Assembly (NCBI GenBank): GCA_045586685.1
Contig: JAZNAU010000043.1
Span: 1-40,023, forward strand
Direction of reading: 5' to 3'
Length of the DNA: 40,023 bases
DNA from: Clostridia bacterium
GTDB lineage: Bacteria > Bacillota > Clostridia > HGM11514
Position 1 is the stretch's first letter; each line of letters starts with the position of its first letter. Below are positions 38,727 through 40,023 of this stretch, piece after piece. Made by a program: the position numbers and the translations under genes. A model generated the notes under the pieces. The model saw nothing but the letters and a program-made list of their open reading frames with translations, was not told the DNA's origin and did not search any database.

Positions 38727-39459
38727 ATTTTTTGTGCTTCCCCAAGATTTTAACGGAGATTTTGTAAAAATTATGGGATTGGATGCAAAACATATTACAA
38801 AAGTCTTGAGAAAATCGGCGGGAGATGATATAATAGTATGTGATGGATGTGGTTTTGATTATCATACAGTCATTCAAGAGGTTTGCGGACAGGAAATTTT
38901 GCTTAAGATAAAAGACAAGCAGAAAAACCTTTGTGAACCAGAGGTAAAGGTCACTCTTTATCAATGTGTGCCCAAGGGCTCAAAAATGGACGAGGTGGTG
39001 CAAAAATGCACCGAACTGGGGGTTTCCTCAATCGTTCCCTTTGTAAGTGCCCGTACCGTGGTAAAGGACGACAAAGAGGGGTTTGCCAAAAAAACCGCCC
39101 GCTGGCAAAAAACGGCAGATGAATCGGTCAAACAGTGTATGCGCGGAGTGATTCCCCTTGTTTCCAAAGTGTTGTCCTTTGAGGAAATGCTTTGTCGGGC
39201 AGAACAGCACGCCCTTTGTCTGATGCCTTACGAAAACTGTCGTACCCATGATTTGAAATCTGCCTTGCAAAAGAATCAACATTGCCTTGATGTAGGTATT
39301 ATTATTGGCTCGGAGGGCGGATTTGAGGAGTCGGAGGTAGAACAGGCGGAACAACGGGGAATCGTTCCCGTTACCTTGGGCAGACGGATTTTGCGAACTG
39401 AAACGGCGGGAGCCGCCGTGCTTGGATGCGTGATGTATCAACTGGATCAAATGAAATAA
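38719..39459 (+). CDS. rsmE: 16S rRNA m3U1498 methyltransferase RsmE
   Basis: HITKVLR, QKCTELGV, IGSEGGF and LGRRILRTETA motifs; ATG 38719. Confidence 0.96.
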   Translation: MPKFFVLPQDFNGDFVKIMGLDAKHITKVLRKSAGDDIIVCDGCGFDYHTVIQEVCGQEILLKIKDKQKNLCEPEVKVTLYQCVPKGSKMDEVVQKCTELGVSSIVPFVSARTVVKDDKEGFAKKTARWQKTADESVKQCMRGVIPLVSKVLSFEEMLCRAEQHALCLMPYENCRTHDLKSALQKNQHCLDVGIIIGSEGGFEESEVEQAEQRGIVPVTLGRRILRTETAGAAVLGCVMYQLDQMK

Positions 39460-39480
39460 ATTTTAAAGGAGTGTCACAAA

Positions 39481-39966
39481 ATGACAAAACAAAATCAAGA
39501 AAGAAGCATTAACAGAATTCTCATTACCATGGCAATCGCTTTTGGTGCATTGGTAGGCATGTATTATTTATATGCTCTGACAGCTCCTGCAAATGCTCCT
39601 GTATTCTGGGCATTGTGCGGTCTGTTTGCAGTGTTAGCCGTTGTAATGGCTGTTCTGTCTGCCAAAAAGAGTAAGGCAGCAGGGTTTGGCTTTGCAGAAG
39701 GCTACAAAAAGGACTTGAAAGCAAGATTAAAAGCAAATTTTGGTATTTTTTTTGTGGTATGTGCCATTCTTTGTGGTCTTTGTGCCCTGACCCCTAACTT
39801 AAAAACAACCATGATTGTGATTGCATGGGCAATCGGCATTTATACGGTGGCGTTGATTGTGGTTTCTTCTGTGATAGAAAAGGTTGCAGAAGTCAAAGAA
39901 AAGAAAAAGAAAATCAGCGCAAAAGCTGCTAAAAAACAGGCGAAGAAAGCGTTGAGAAATTCTTAA
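39481..39966 (+). CDS. Hypothetical four-TM membrane protein with Lys-rich C-terminus
   Basis: RBS AAGGAG; four hydrophobic stretches; no family recognised. Confidence 0.75.
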   Translation: MTKQNQERSINRILITMAIAFGALVGMYYLYALTAPANAPVFWALCGLFAVLAVVMAVLSAKKSKAAGFGFAEGYKKDLKARLKANFGIFFVVCAILCGLCALTPNLKTTMIVIAWAIGIYTVALIVVSSVIEKVAEVKEKKKKISAKAAKKQAKKALRNS

Positions 39967-39975
39967 CAGAATGGT

Positions 39976-40000
39976 AAGGAGCGTCAAAAAGACGCTCCTT
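39976..40000. terminator. Hairpin/terminator after the last gene
   Basis: AAGGAGCGTC-aaaaa-GACGCTCCTT perfect inverted repeat. Confidence 0.65.
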
Positions 40001-40023
40001 CAACGTGTCGATAAACCTATCGA

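Noticed and set aside
856-39987. Numerous antisense or alternate-frame ORFs in the track (e.g. 3576-4076, 9653-10204, 25770-26312, 38007-38552)
   Set aside because: They are shadow ORFs overlapping well-supported conserved genes.
40008-40023. TCGATA-aacc-TATCGA palindrome at the window edge
   Set aside because: It is too short and cut by the window boundary to interpret.

Overview
This is a chromosomal housekeeping region of a low-GC, spore-forming Clostridia-type bacterium, probably from a gut (inferred from gene content and sigma-factor promoter motifs). In order it holds: an AbrB-type regulator; a pyrimidine operon (pyrC-K-D-F-E-B-I, minus strand); a DnaD/DnaC-like primosome pair; a sigmaE-driven spoVB-like flippase; a probable bile-acid 12alpha-hydroxysteroid dehydrogenase plus lactate permease; DUF1294; a bofC-like gene; PBP1A; a long minus-strand cluster (secA, prfB with +1 frameshift, prfA, sua5, ywlE, rimI, tsaD, then rex, SGNH hydrolase, mnmM-like, hflX, yigZ and a tiny DivIVA-like ORF); a BspA-type LRR surface protein; feoAB; argCB; a PrsA-like protein; DUF1653; sfsA; prmA; rsmE. 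I found no rRNA, tRNA, CRISPR array, transposase or phage genes. The most striking unexplained structure is non-coding. A family of modular 137/139-bp palindromic units (types A and B) occurs at three loci, always in sense orientation at a gene's 3' end, and at argB it supplies the stop codon. Other structured intergenic features are a 21-bp direct-repeat-bounded cassette upstream of hflX, a 25-26-bp-periodic GCGATAT/ATATCGC leader upstream of the HSDH gene, a two-copy hairpin motif flanking three genes, and a DnaA-box cluster upstream of rex with no dnaA in the window.
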